Source: a bacterium (lineage in GTDB: Bacteria > Patescibacteriota > Minisyncoccia > Moranbacterales > GWC2-37-73). From it: 64,000 bases of DNA. The translations under genes were made by a program, and so were the position numbers. Below the pieces are notes generated by a model, which was given only the letters and a program-made list of their open reading frames with translations, was not told where the DNA came from and did no database searches. Positions 17,157-27,386 of this stretch are shown piece by piece (positions within the stretch are counted from its first letter, which is position 1; every line of letters begins with the position of its first letter). The stretch is taken from positions 105,846 to 169,845 of the forward strand of contig JBAXDL010000002.1 of NCBI GenBank assembly GCA_037140955.1, given 5' to 3'.

Positions 17157-18755
17157 TTATTCAGTTAAATTACGCAAATCCTCAGTGTCAGAGCTTCCAT
17201 AAAATTCTCTAATTCTTGAACCTAAAATGGACAAAATAAACGCACTAGCAACAATAATAACAAAAACTCCAAGTTCAATCAGCAGTGGCAATGACTTGAC
17301 CGTCACCAAAGTGAAAACAGTCAGACCATTTTCCATGATTAGCAATCCAAGGATTTGTGAGAAGATGTTGCGATGCACAATCATCGTTGCAAGTCCAAGT
17401 CCAATCAAAGCAATTGAGGCATATAGCAAAGTGTCAAATTCTACCATACCAAGAATTGGAGTATGCTTCATAATATAGAAAGTTGCACCCAAAATTAGCA
17501 CCACCACGAAATAACTAGTTGCTGGCCTCAAAAATGATGGTGAGCTGATCAATTCCTTATGTTTTCTTTGTGCATATTTGATCACTATTGGCACAAGGAT
17601 TGTCTTGATCAAAATTGTTACCAAGGCAAACAACCACAAATGCTTCATTTCACTTTTTTCCACCACAAAAGAAAGTCCAAAGGCAATACCAGCAATGCAG
17701 AATGAAGAAAATGCATAGTATCGAAGCATGACTTGAGCCCTAGCTCTACCAAAAATTAAAATCACAAAAAACACTGAAAGTGCAGCAAAAATGGTGTGAT
17801 ATTGAATGTCAACTTTCACAAAAGATGCAAAGAGCGCAATCAGCATGCCAAACATGGCAGTGAAAAATGCAATCGACATAAACTCTTGCATGCGATAAAA
17901 TCTCATCTTCACTACTGTTGATTCAAGTAGTGCGAGCAATCCCATACAAACCAAAACCTTTGCAATTGCAAAGAAAATCGCAAGCACAAGTGCACCAATT
18001 CCAAAACTACTTGCAGCAATAACGGTTCCAGGAAAAATAAAATTAGAAAGCAAAATTGCAAAAATAGTCATTTTCAGAGCACTGGCATATTCCAACATTG
18101 CCAAATATGGACCAGAATATTCCAAGATCATGGCTTCATGCACCATCGTCAGCTCAAGATGTGTTGCTGGGTTATCCACTGGATATCTAGCATTTTCTGC
18201 CAATGTCACTAAGAAAAAAGCAAACACCGAAAGCAGTAGATATGGATGAGCGAAAACAAGTGGTTGCCCAACAAGTCCATCAATGGCAAATGTTCCACCA
18301 ACGAAACTCATAGCAGCAAAAACCATGATGATTATTGGTTCAACCAAAGCAGCGATCGTCATTTCGCGACTAGAACCCATCCCACCAAAAGCACTGCCTG
18401 GATCAAGACCACCAAGCACCAAGAAAATAGAGCCTATCATCAAAATTCCAGCCACAACCAAAAAATCACTAGCACTTGCCAACTTCCCTCCAACAAACAT
18501 CAATGGCAAAATAAAAGCCAAGGAAAGTGTTGTTGAAAGAACCACATATGGAACAGCGCGGAAAACCCAAGAAGCACTGCTCGAAATCACCATTTGCTTC
18601 TTGAGCAAAGTCGCAAAAGTGTAATATGGCAAAAAAGGAGAAGCGCCCTGCCGCCCTTGCAAACGCGCTTTGCAAAATCGCACCAAGCCGCTGGCAAAAG
18701 GTGCTATCAATAACACGAAAATTCCTTGTAATAATGTTGCTAGAATTGGATTCAT
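17157..18755 (-). CDS. NuoH/HycD-like membrane subunit fused to a C-terminal NuoK/HyfE/MrpC-like segment
   Basis: N-terminal KARLQGRQG...LLKK matches the NuoH/HycD R-x-Q-x-R-x-GP motif. The C-terminal part has a NuoK-like TM helix with a buried Glu (ILGLLIMENGLTVF). At 532 aa it is much longer than NuoH alone. Confidence 0.65.
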   Translation of the reverse strand: MNPILATLLQGIFVLLIAPFASGLVRFCKARLQGRQGASPFLPYYTFATLLKKQMVISSSASWVFRAVPYVVLSTTLSLAFILPLMFVGGKLASASDFLVVAGILMIGSIFLVLGGLDPGSAFGGMGSSREMTIAALVEPIIIMVFAAMSFVGGTFAIDGLVGQPLVFAHPYLLLSVFAFFLVTLAENARYPVDNPATHLELTMVHEAMILEYSGPYLAMLEYASALKMTIFAILLSNFIFPGTVIAASSFGIGALVLAIFFAIAKVLVCMGLLALLESTVVKMRFYRMQEFMSIAFFTAMFGMLIALFASFVKVDIQYHTIFAALSVFFVILIFGRARAQVMLRYYAFSSFCIAGIAFGLSFVVEKSEMKHLWLFALVTILIKTILVPIVIKYAQRKHKELISSPSFLRPATSYFVVVLILGATFYIMKHTPILGMVEFDTLLYASIALIGLGLATMIVHRNIFSQILGLLIMENGLTVFTLVTVKSLPLLIELGVFVIIVASAFILSILGSRIREFYGSSDTEDLRNLTE

Positions 18756-18811
18756 AAGGCTTATAATTTATGCGCTTAATTTCTTACAGATAAAAATAAA
18801 AGTGAGTGGAG

Positions 18812-18906
18812 CTATTTCACTCTTTGGCCAATAGCCGGCGACAGCGGCTTCTTGAGCTTTTGGATATTGAGCATTTCATCCAAAAGCGTGCCAAAGAGTG
18901 AAATAG
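18812..18906. repeat. nested inverted repeat (17-bp outer arms CTATTTCACTCTTTGGC/GCCAAAGAGTGAAATAG, 10-bp inner stem GCTTTTGGAT/ATCCAAAAGC) in the intercistronic gap
   Basis: Perfect complementarity seen directly. GC-richer than the surroundings. Lies inside the presumptive operon transcript between the NuoL-like and NuoH-like genes. Confidence 0.6.
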
Positions 18907-18946
18907 TGAAACGAACAATTCATTATTGCTAAAGCAAAAAAACAGT

Positions 18947-20950
18947 CTATAAAACAACAAGCAATGTCACTATCAATGTTCCGAGCACAAACAATAGATA
19001 ATATTGAATGCGACCACCTTGAATCATTTTCATCCTTTCGGCAACAAAATTCAATATACCAGCAATTGGTTCATAGATCTTATCCTTCCAAATAGAACTA
19101 AATGACAAAGTTAACACATATTTTCGAACCCAGGGATTTGTCTCAACAACTGGTATTGATGACAAAACCTTGTCACGACCTAGCAATTGCAAAAAGAAAA
19201 AACGAATTGGTCCAGAAAAAGCAGTTCCAGAATATTGCATGGTTGCGTCTATCGCTTGACCACAATCCCAAGTCTTATAAATTCTTTGATCATCTTTTTT
19301 AACAACAAATTTATACAAAGCATAAACGCCAAGCAAAAATACAGCTGGCAATAAAAATACCAAAACAGAAGAAAGGTTGCTATTTACTAGCGAAGATGAA
19401 ACTGAAGGAGCAGTCGCAAAAAGTTCGCTGCGCACGCTGAGCCATTTGATTATTGTTTTGGCAAAAATTCCCAAAACAATCACACCCAATCCAAGTGTCA
19501 TAATTGGCGCACTCAACATGTAGTCTGTTTTCTCAGCTCTTCTTTCAACATGCTTTGACTTTGAAAGACCAAGCATTGAGATACCAAAAATTTTGATCAT
19601 AGCAAACACAGCCAACCCACTAACCAATCCGATCGTTGCAATGCTCAGCACAAGCACGATCATGGTTGTTGAATCCAAAAGAGAATTATGTAAAACATTG
19701 ATCACATTTTGAACCAATCCCCATTCCCCATAAAATGTTCCAAATGGAGGAAGTGGCAATGAAGACAGAATTACAAGCAAAAATGCAAAAGAAAAAATTG
19801 GCATGATGTTGGCCAAACCTCCCATGACCTCAATTCTTTTGGAATGAAAACGATTGATCAGCACACCACTGCTCAAGAACAAGCCAGTCTTGAACAAGGC
19901 ATGATTGATGGCATGAAAAATCGCAAACACCACAAAAGCATTTGAAATCAAGACAACACTGTCCGCGCGACTTTGACTCAAAATATAAATCGCGATTCCA
20001 AGAATAGTAAAAATGATTCCCATGTTTTCAATACTACTATAGGCAAAAGCTCTTTTCACATCTCTTTCAATGACAGCATACAAAACACCCACCACCGCTG
20101 AAAGCAAACCAAGAATGATCACAACCAATCCCGCCCAAGCTGGCAAATTTGTCAAAGAAAAAACTATTTTAATAAAACCAAACACCGCAACTTTTAGCAT
20201 CAGTCCGCTCATCAAAGCTGAAATGTTGCTTGGTGCTTGAGGATGAGCCTCCGGAAGCCAAACATGAAATGGCACAAGTCCAGCCTTTGAACCAAAGCCA
20301 AACAAAAACAACACAAAAACCAAGCCACTTAGCATTGGAGAAAGATTTGAACTAGCCACCGCAATGCCAGAAAAATCAGAAAATATTGACCCCCAACCAA
20401 GAATCAGAAAACCACCCAAGATTGCACTTGCGCCAAGATGGGTCATAATGAAATACAAAAAAGCAGCCCGAATTGATTCTGGCGACTTGTCGATCATAAC
20501 CAAGAAAAAAGAAGCAATCGACATCACCTCCCAAAAAAACAAAAATCCAAAAGCATTATTTGAAAACAAAACTCCTTGCATACCAAGCACAAAAAAAGCG
20601 GTCAGAAATTGCACAACGGAAGGATTGTATGATTCTTCATACAATTCCAAATATCTGGTTGCATAGACACCAACCAAACAGGAAACACCAGCAATAAGCG
20701 TGAAAAATATTCCAGACAAGAGATTGATCGAAGGAGCAAAATTGAAAAGCCAACTCCAAGAACCAAGCAAAATGCTTTTTGTGGAAAAATTAAACAAATA
20801 TAGCATTCCAAAAATAAAACCAACCAAATTTGTGAGCACAAAAAGTTGAGCTGATTTTCTCCATTGACCACCAATAATAGCCAAGCCACCAGCAAAAATA
20901 AGACCCAAGAAATAAATAAAAATACCGTATGCAATAAAATCTATGGTCAT
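18947..20950 (-). CDS. NuoL/HyfB/MrpA-family antiporter-like membrane subunit (667 aa)
   Basis: Polytopic membrane protein. PFHVWLPEAHPQAPSNISALMSG signature. Size matches HyfB/NuoL. Confidence 0.75.
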   Translation of the reverse strand: MTIDFIAYGIFIYFLGLIFAGGLAIIGGQWRKSAQLFVLTNLVGFIFGMLYLFNFSTKSILLGSWSWLFNFAPSINLLSGIFFTLIAGVSCLVGVYATRYLELYEESYNPSVVQFLTAFFVLGMQGVLFSNNAFGFLFFWEVMSIASFFLVMIDKSPESIRAAFLYFIMTHLGASAILGGFLILGWGSIFSDFSGIAVASSNLSPMLSGLVFVLFLFGFGSKAGLVPFHVWLPEAHPQAPSNISALMSGLMLKVAVFGFIKIVFSLTNLPAWAGLVVIILGLLSAVVGVLYAVIERDVKRAFAYSSIENMGIIFTILGIAIYILSQSRADSVVLISNAFVVFAIFHAINHALFKTGLFLSSGVLINRFHSKRIEVMGGLANIMPIFSFAFLLVILSSLPLPPFGTFYGEWGLVQNVINVLHNSLLDSTTMIVLVLSIATIGLVSGLAVFAMIKIFGISMLGLSKSKHVERRAEKTDYMLSAPIMTLGLGVIVLGIFAKTIIKWLSVRSELFATAPSVSSSLVNSNLSSVLVFLLPAVFLLGVYALYKFVVKKDDQRIYKTWDCGQAIDATMQYSGTAFSGPIRFFFLQLLGRDKVLSSIPVVETNPWVRKYVLTLSFSSIWKDKIYEPIAGILNFVAERMKMIQGGRIQYYLLFVLGTLIVTLLVVL

Positions 20951-20959
20951 AGGATTATA

Positions 20960-21499
20960 TTAAGAATTTTTCTGATTAATAGCATTTAAAACACCTTTTA
21001 ATATTGCAGTTGGAGAAGGTGGATCGCCAGCAATGCAAATATCAACAGGAATGACTTTGTCCAAACCACCAACCACAGCATAGGAATCCTTCCAAATGCC
21101 GCCATCAATAGCACCATCGCCAAGAGCGACCACGATACAGGGACTTGGAGCGGCTTCATAGGTTGTTTTCACGGCGTTTTCCAGGTTTCTGGTTATTGGT
21201 CCTGACACAAACAGCATGTCAGCATGCCTCGGAGACGCCACAAAAGAAAGACCAAAACGGTCAATGTCATAATATGCGTTGTTCAGAGCTGTAAATTCAA
21301 TTTCTTCTCCGTTAGTAGATCCTCCATCCACAGCCCGGATGCGCAAAGATCTGCCTCCATAGAGCCTTTTTATGTTTTCTTTAAGTTCTTTGCCAACAGC
21401 TTCAAATTCAGCATCAGTGGCATCAGGGCGTAAAGTTTTTTCATCAATTGTAACCTTTGGACCAAATAATAAGACCTTGAGTAATTGGAAAAATTTCAT
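20960..21499 (-). CDS. NuoB/HycG-like small subunit lacking all four [4Fe-4S] cysteine ligands (Ehr-type small subunit)
   Basis: Aligns with NuoB (DRFGLSFVASPRHADMLFVSGPIT; VIPVDICIAGDPPSP). CCxxE is replaced by GG/ST. GSCAxxGG is replaced by GDGAIDGG. GCPP is replaced by GDPP. Confidence 0.75.
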   Translation of the reverse strand: MKFFQLLKVLLFGPKVTIDEKTLRPDATDAEFEAVGKELKENIKRLYGGRSLRIRAVDGGSTNGEEIEFTALNNAYYDIDRFGLSFVASPRHADMLFVSGPITRNLENAVKTTYEAAPSPCIVVALGDGAIDGGIWKDSYAVVGGLDKVIPVDICIAGDPPSPTAILKGVLNAINQKNS

Positions 21500-21577
21500 A
21501 AGAATATGTCAGATTTTCATTTTTACTAGTAATAATATCAATTTTGCGCCACATTTTTCTTTTTGGCAAGTGTTTGC

Positions 21578-22018
21578 CTAATCGATCGTCACACCATGTC
21601 TGCTGTGGTGCTTTTTGGCAACACGAATACGCGCTGTTTCTTTTTCAATTGCAGCGGCAACTTTTGCATATTCCAGCTCATTCATTGAGATTTTTTGCTT
21701 GCTAATTTCTTGAGCGCGGTCCCTTGCCTGCTGGGCACGCTTCACATCAATTTCAACTGCAGCTTCAGCTGTGTCAGCAAGTACAACCAAAACATTGTCA
21801 TTAAACTCAATAAAACCACCAGAAACGACCAATAATTTTTCCTTGCCACCAACTTTAAACATAATCTCACCAGCCTTGAGGCCAGCAATATATGAACAAT
21901 GATCGGGCATGATGGTCACTTCCCCATCAGCAACAGGCAAAGTTATTTGCTCTACCTCCTTTTCAAGCACGGTGCGTTCAGGAGTAACAATCTTAAAATT
22001 AATTTTACTTGTAGACAT
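21578..22018 (-). CDS. atpC: F1 ATP synthase epsilon subunit
   Basis: MSTSKINFKIVTPERTVLEKEV... is a typical epsilon N-terminal beta-sandwich plus C-terminal helices. The ATG is at 22018. The upstream ORF-track extension is unsupported. Confidence 0.85.
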   Translation of the reverse strand: MSTSKINFKIVTPERTVLEKEVEQITLPVADGEVTIMPDHCSYIAGLKAGEIMFKVGGKEKLLVVSGGFIEFNDNVLVVLADTAEAAVEIDVKRAQQARDRAQEISKQKISMNELEYAKVAAAIEKETARIRVAKKHHSRHGVTID

Positions 22019-22184
22019 AATATTAATTTCAAATCCAAATATCAAAATCTCAATTTCAAATAAATGACTCAAATCCAAATATCAAAATTTAGATTTTAAA
22101 ATTTTGGATTTTATTTGAAATTTTGATTTTAGATTTTAGATTTAAAAACAAATTTAAACAATAAATACTTTTAGGAATGTTAAT

Positions 22185-23567
<1,383 letters not shown>

Positions 23568-23608
23568 TTAATTAGAATAATTATACCTATTTAAAAGATT
23601 CTTATAAT

Positions 23609-23722
23609 TTCGAATTTCCAATTTCTAATTTTGAATCAATACTTAATTTCCAAATTTCTAATGTTTCAAACATTCACTCATTCGGACTTGATTCAAAATT
23701 CAAAATTCGAAATTCAAAATTG
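23609..23722. repeat. AT-rich atp-spacer repeat family, copy 1 (TCGAATTTCCAATTTCTAATTTTGAATCAAT...AATTTCTAATG...TTCAAAATTCGAAATTCAAAATT)
   Basis: Shares long near-identical stretches with 27838-27976 and 29971-30084. Confidence 0.6.
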
Positions 23723-23786
23723 TCTTCAAACTTCCCATCTGTCTACACCTTTCTTGAACCATAAACAGAATCAGAACTTCAAACTA

Positions 23787-23815
23787 TTGACAAAATGATG
23801 ATTTAGGTGTATTAT
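23787..23815 (+). promoter_or_regulatory. near-consensus sigma-70 promoter TTGACA-N17-TATTAT
   Basis: -35 at 23787-23792, -10 at 23810-23815. Drives the small plus-strand ORF at 23875. Confidence 0.5.
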
Positions 23816-23874
23816 ATATGGTTGATGATTCATTGAATCATTACAACAAAATTCTAACACAAAAGGAGTTAGAC

Positions 23875-24045
23875 ATGGAAAAGTTGAAAATTTTTGAAGG
23901 AAAGATCTCCAACCTAGAAACAGATGTCAACACCTGGTTATCTGAAAATCCAGATATCAAGATAATTGAAAGGAAATTTTCCACAGAAGTTGATCAGTCA
24001 TTCACAAGCAGGTTTGTATATGTAGCAATATTTTATACAAACTAA
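23875..24045 (+). CDS. small hypothetical protein (56 aa), antisense-oriented inside the atp operon
   Basis: ATG at 23875 preceded by AAGGAG at 6-nt spacing. The ORF-track start at 23818 overlaps the promoter -10 and is less likely. No recognisable family. Confidence 0.5.
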   Translation: MEKLKIFEGKISNLETDVNTWLSENPDIKIIERKFSTEVDQSFTSRFVYVAIFYTN

Positions 24046-24061
24046 TCAAAGAGTTATCCAG

Positions 24062-24102
24062 CCACCCTTTCGCAAGATTCTTTGCGATGGGTGGTTTTTT
24101 TT
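24062..24102 (+). terminator. intrinsic terminator
   Basis: Stem CCACCC..TTTCGCAA / TTGCGA..GGGTGG followed by T8. Confidence 0.6.
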
Positions 24103-24133
24103 ATGCGCCTATTTTTTCAAAGATACTATCAGA

Positions 24134-24173
24134 GTTCAATCCTGGATTCCTGATCAAGTCAGGAATGACAAGG
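24134..24173 (+). repeat. hairpin repeat family copy A (GTTCAATCCTGGATTCC-[CTGATCAAGTCAG]-GGAATGACAAGG)
   Basis: Conserved flanks shared with 27387-27425 and, in reverse complement, 27305-27340. The inner stem differs but stays self-complementary. Confidence 0.7.
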
Positions 24174-24195
24174 TTTTGAATTCTGAATTATATTT

Positions 24196-24224
24196 TTGAC
24201 TTTATTATTGTTCACTGATATATT
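24196..24224 (+). promoter_or_regulatory. sigma-70-like promoter TTGACT-N17-TATATT
   Basis: -35 at 24196-24201, -10 at 24219-24224. About 155-nt leader before the ORF at 24386. Confidence 0.45.
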
Positions 24225-24385
24225 TCATTTACGATTTTAAATTCGATAAGGAGGTTTTTTGTTTGAAACATTTTTGTTCTTTTTTTTGAAACACTGTCCA
24301 CCATTTTGCAACCTCATCACAATCGATTGAATTTGTATGACATTGTTCATGCAAAATAAAATCAAAAGACAAAGGAGAAACAAAA

Positions 24386-24559
24386 ATGAGAAAACTGTTT
24401 TTTGCAATCATTGCCATCATCATTTCAATCACCCCAGCCATTGCACATGAAATTGGCATGCAGCACGACCATCATGACAATTGGGAAACAGTCTCTGTTT
24501 TTGCCATTATTGCCTTGATAATTCTCGGCAGAGTAATTTACAAAAAAATGGAAAAATAA
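24386..24559 (+). CDS. small His-rich membrane/secreted protein (57 aa), not in the ORF track
   Basis: ATG at 24386 with AAGGAG 8 nt upstream. Sequence MRKLFFAIIAIIISITPAIA-HEIGMQHDHHDNWE-TVSVFAIIALIILGRVIYKKMEK (signal/TM, His-rich stretch, C-terminal TM). Followed by a strong terminator. Confidence 0.5.
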   Translation: MRKLFFAIIAIIISITPAIAHEIGMQHDHHDNWETVSVFAIIALIILGRVIYKKMEK

Positions 24560-24586
24560 AATACAATTCCAAACATCTCTACTATT

Positions 24587-24622
24587 GCGCCCACACAAAT
24601 CATTGTGTTGGGCGCGTTTTTT
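24587..24622 (+). terminator. intrinsic terminator
   Basis: GC-rich stem GCGCCCACACAA/TTGTGTTGGGCGC followed by GTTTTTT. Confidence 0.65.
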
Positions 24623-24659
24623 AATTTTCAAAAGTACTTATTTTCTACGAATTACAAAT

Positions 24660-25619
24660 TTATTCCAATGCTGCTCGTCCTGCAGAAATCTCAGCAATTT
24701 CCTGGGTAATCTTTCCTTGTCTGATCTGATTGTATGCCAAGGTCAAATCGTCGCTCATTTCTTTTGCCGCATCAGTTGCATTTCTCATGGCCATCATGCG
24801 AGCTGATTGCTCAGATGCTTGCGATTCAAGCACGCCATGGAAAAGCTGCATCTCAATCAAACGTGGAATAATAAATTCCAAAACCTCACTTGCACTTGGC
24901 TCAATCTTGTATTCAACTACTGGCTCCTCTAATCCATATTCTTTGGCAATAACATCCATTTCAGCAATTTGTTTTTCAATATCAATCTTGGAAATTGGCA
25001 ACACTTGGCGAATGCGAGTTTGCTGATTTACTGCTGAAATATAATCAGTATAAATCATCACAACTTTGTCATATTTTTTTGCCAAATAATCATCCATCAC
25101 AATTTTCGAAAGAGGTTTGATGTCGACAACTGTTGCAAACTTTCCACCATCTGGAAAAGCAGCAATAATTTCTTTTTGCATTTTCCTGACAATATTTCCA
25201 CCCTTTTTTCCAACCACAATAAAATCAACTTTCAAGTCTTCATTCTTAATCTTAGACTCAATTTTCTTTTTTCCAATTCTGTTTATTTTCAATTTTTCAG
25301 GATGCAAGATTTCTTCCTTTATTTTCTTGGCAACTTGCGTATTGAATGATCCACAAAGACCACGATTGGAAGTTATTGCAATCATCAAAACACTTTTCAC
25401 TTCACGCACCTCCAAAAATCCATAATTTTCTGATGACTCAAATGCCCTAGCAAGATTGGTTAGCACACTCCAAGCAGCATGAGCATAGGCCCTAATCCCA
25501 AGCACGCTTGCAACAGCTCTGCGCATTTTGGCAGCAGAAACCATCTCCATTGCTTTGGTGATTTTTCTTGTGCTATTTATCGACCGAATGCGTCGTTTTA
25601 TATCTAGTGAACTGGCCAT
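24660..25619 (-). CDS. atpG: F1 ATP synthase gamma subunit
   Basis: Full-length gamma similarity (MASSLDIKRRIRSINSTRKITKAMEMVSAAKMRRA...). Confidence 0.9.
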   Translation of the reverse strand: MASSLDIKRRIRSINSTRKITKAMEMVSAAKMRRAVASVLGIRAYAHAAWSVLTNLARAFESSENYGFLEVREVKSVLMIAITSNRGLCGSFNTQVAKKIKEEILHPEKLKINRIGKKKIESKIKNEDLKVDFIVVGKKGGNIVRKMQKEIIAAFPDGGKFATVVDIKPLSKIVMDDYLAKKYDKVVMIYTDYISAVNQQTRIRQVLPISKIDIEKQIAEMDVIAKEYGLEEPVVEYKIEPSASEVLEFIIPRLIEMQLFHGVLESQASEQSARMMAMRNATDAAKEMSDDLTLAYNQIRQGKITQEIAEISAGRAALE

Positions 25620-25656
25620 AGTATTTAATATTTTCTGAATTTATCCAGATTCCAAT

Positions 25657-25691
25657 TTTAAATTTTAAGTTTTAAATTTTAAATTAATTTT
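25657..25691. repeat. 36-nt AT-rich spacer repeat (TTTTAAATTTTAAGTTTTAAATTTTAAATTAATTTT), copy 1
   Basis: Exact repeat of 28485-28520. Both lie in atp intercistronic spacers. Confidence 0.7.
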
Positions 25692-25748
25692 CAAATATTT
25701 AAATATTTTTTATATTCTATTTAAAATTTTTAATTTAAAATTCTGCGT

Positions 25749-27257
25749 TTACGCGGTCTGATATATTTCTTTAAATTCCTTTATTGCCTTTTCCAATGCT
25801 GCCACAACCTCATCTGACAATTCTTTCTTTTCACCAATAAGTGTGATCAAATCTTTTGCATTTGAATCTAGATATTTGTGAAAATCAGCTTCCCAACTTC
25901 TGATGTTTTCAACTTCCACATCATCAACAAAACCATTGGTAAGAGCATACAAAATTGCAACTTGATGCTCAACAATCATTGGCTCATATTGCCCTTGCTT
26001 CAAAATCTCAACTGACCTTCTTCCTCTTTCGATTTGATTTCTGGTTTTTTCATCAAGATCAGATCCAAATTGCGCAAAAGCTTCCAATTCGCGAAATTGT
26101 GCCAATTCAAGTCTCATTTTTCCAGCCACTTTTTTCATGGCCTTGATTTGAGCAGATCCACCCACACGAGAAACAGAGAGACCAACATTCACAGCAGGAC
26201 GAATACCCTTGTAAAACAAATCTGATTCCAAGAAAATTTGACCATCAGTAATAGAAATAACATTGGTTGGGATGTAAGCTGAAACATCACCCGCCTGTGT
26301 TTCAATAATTGGAAGTGCTGTCATTGAGCCGCCCCCAAAATCAGCGTTTAATTTTGCACTTCTTTCCAAAAGACGAGAATGCAAATAAAAAACATCTCCA
26401 GGATATGCTTCGCGTCCTGGTGGTCGCTTCAAGATCAAGGAAATTTGACGATATGCCCAAGCGTGACGAGAAAGATCATCAAAAACAATTAGCACATCCT
26501 CTCCCTTGTCCATGAAATATTCTCCCAGCGCGCAACCTGAATATGGAGAAATATAGGAAAGAGCTGAAGATTCTGAAGCACCTGCAACCACAATGGTGGT
26601 ATATTCCATGGCTCCACGCTTTTCAAGCTCACCCAAAATTCTGGCAATCTTTGATTCTTTTTGTCCAATTGCAACATAAATGCATTTCATGTTTTGGCCT
26701 TTTTGATTGATGATAGTGTCAATTGCAATCGCTGTTTTTCCAGTTTGACGATCACCAATAATAAGCTCGCGTTGTCCTCGTCCAATTGGAATCATCGCAT
26801 CAATTGCTTTTATGCCAGTTTGCACAGGCTGATGAACTGACTTACGAGTAATCACGCCCGGTGCAATTTTTTCCACTGGATAAAATTTGTCAGCCACAAT
26901 ATCACCCTTTCCATCAACTGGAATTCCCAAAGGGTTGATCACGCGTCCAATCATAGCATCAGAAACTGGAATAGAGAGAACATTGCCGGTTGCCTTCACA
27001 ACATCTCCTTCTTTGATTCCAATATAATTTCCAAGCACAATGACACCAACTCGATCCTCTTCAAGATTAAGTGCTACACCGATTTCTCCATTAGGAAATT
27101 CAACCATTTCTGATGCCATCAAATCTGAAAGTCCTGAAACGCGAGCAACTCCATCGCCAATTTCAATAACGCTGCCAACCTTTTCAGTAGTGGTTTCGGT
27201 TCTGAATCCTTCAATCTGCTTTTTGAGTTGTTCTATTATGTAGTCCTTGTTAGCCAT
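25749..27257 (-). CDS. atpA: F1 ATP synthase alpha subunit
   Basis: Walker A GDRQTGKT. Full-length alpha similarity. Confidence 0.95.
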   Translation of the reverse strand: MANKDYIIEQLKKQIEGFRTETTTEKVGSVIEIGDGVARVSGLSDLMASEMVEFPNGEIGVALNLEEDRVGVIVLGNYIGIKEGDVVKATGNVLSIPVSDAMIGRVINPLGIPVDGKGDIVADKFYPVEKIAPGVITRKSVHQPVQTGIKAIDAMIPIGRGQRELIIGDRQTGKTAIAIDTIINQKGQNMKCIYVAIGQKESKIARILGELEKRGAMEYTTIVVAGASESSALSYISPYSGCALGEYFMDKGEDVLIVFDDLSRHAWAYRQISLILKRPPGREAYPGDVFYLHSRLLERSAKLNADFGGGSMTALPIIETQAGDVSAYIPTNVISITDGQIFLESDLFYKGIRPAVNVGLSVSRVGGSAQIKAMKKVAGKMRLELAQFRELEAFAQFGSDLDEKTRNQIERGRRSVEILKQGQYEPMIVEHQVAILYALTNGFVDDVEVENIRSWEADFHKYLDSNAKDLITLIGEKKELSDEVVAALEKAIKEFKEIYQTA

Positions 27258-27304
27258 ATTATTGATTCTACTAATTACAAATTATTACAAATTTACAAAT
27301 GTTT

Positions 27305-27340
27305 CGTGTCATTCCGGGCTCGACCCGGAATCCAGGATTA
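27305..27340 (-). repeat. hairpin repeat family copy C (reverse orientation; inner stem GGGCTCGACCC)
   Basis: Reverse complement reads AATCCTGGATTCC-GGGTCGAGCCC-GGAATGACACG. Forms an inverted pair with copy B 36 nt away. Confidence 0.7.
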
Positions 27341-27386
27341 GCACATCTCACCTTTTATTAAAAAAATCTTTATTTTATAGCCTAAG

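Noticed and set aside
23818-23874. N-terminal extension of the small plus-strand ORF (start at 23818)
   Set aside because: That ATG lies 2 nt after the promoter -10 hexamer and has no SD. The internal ATG at 23875 has an AAGGAG at ideal spacing.
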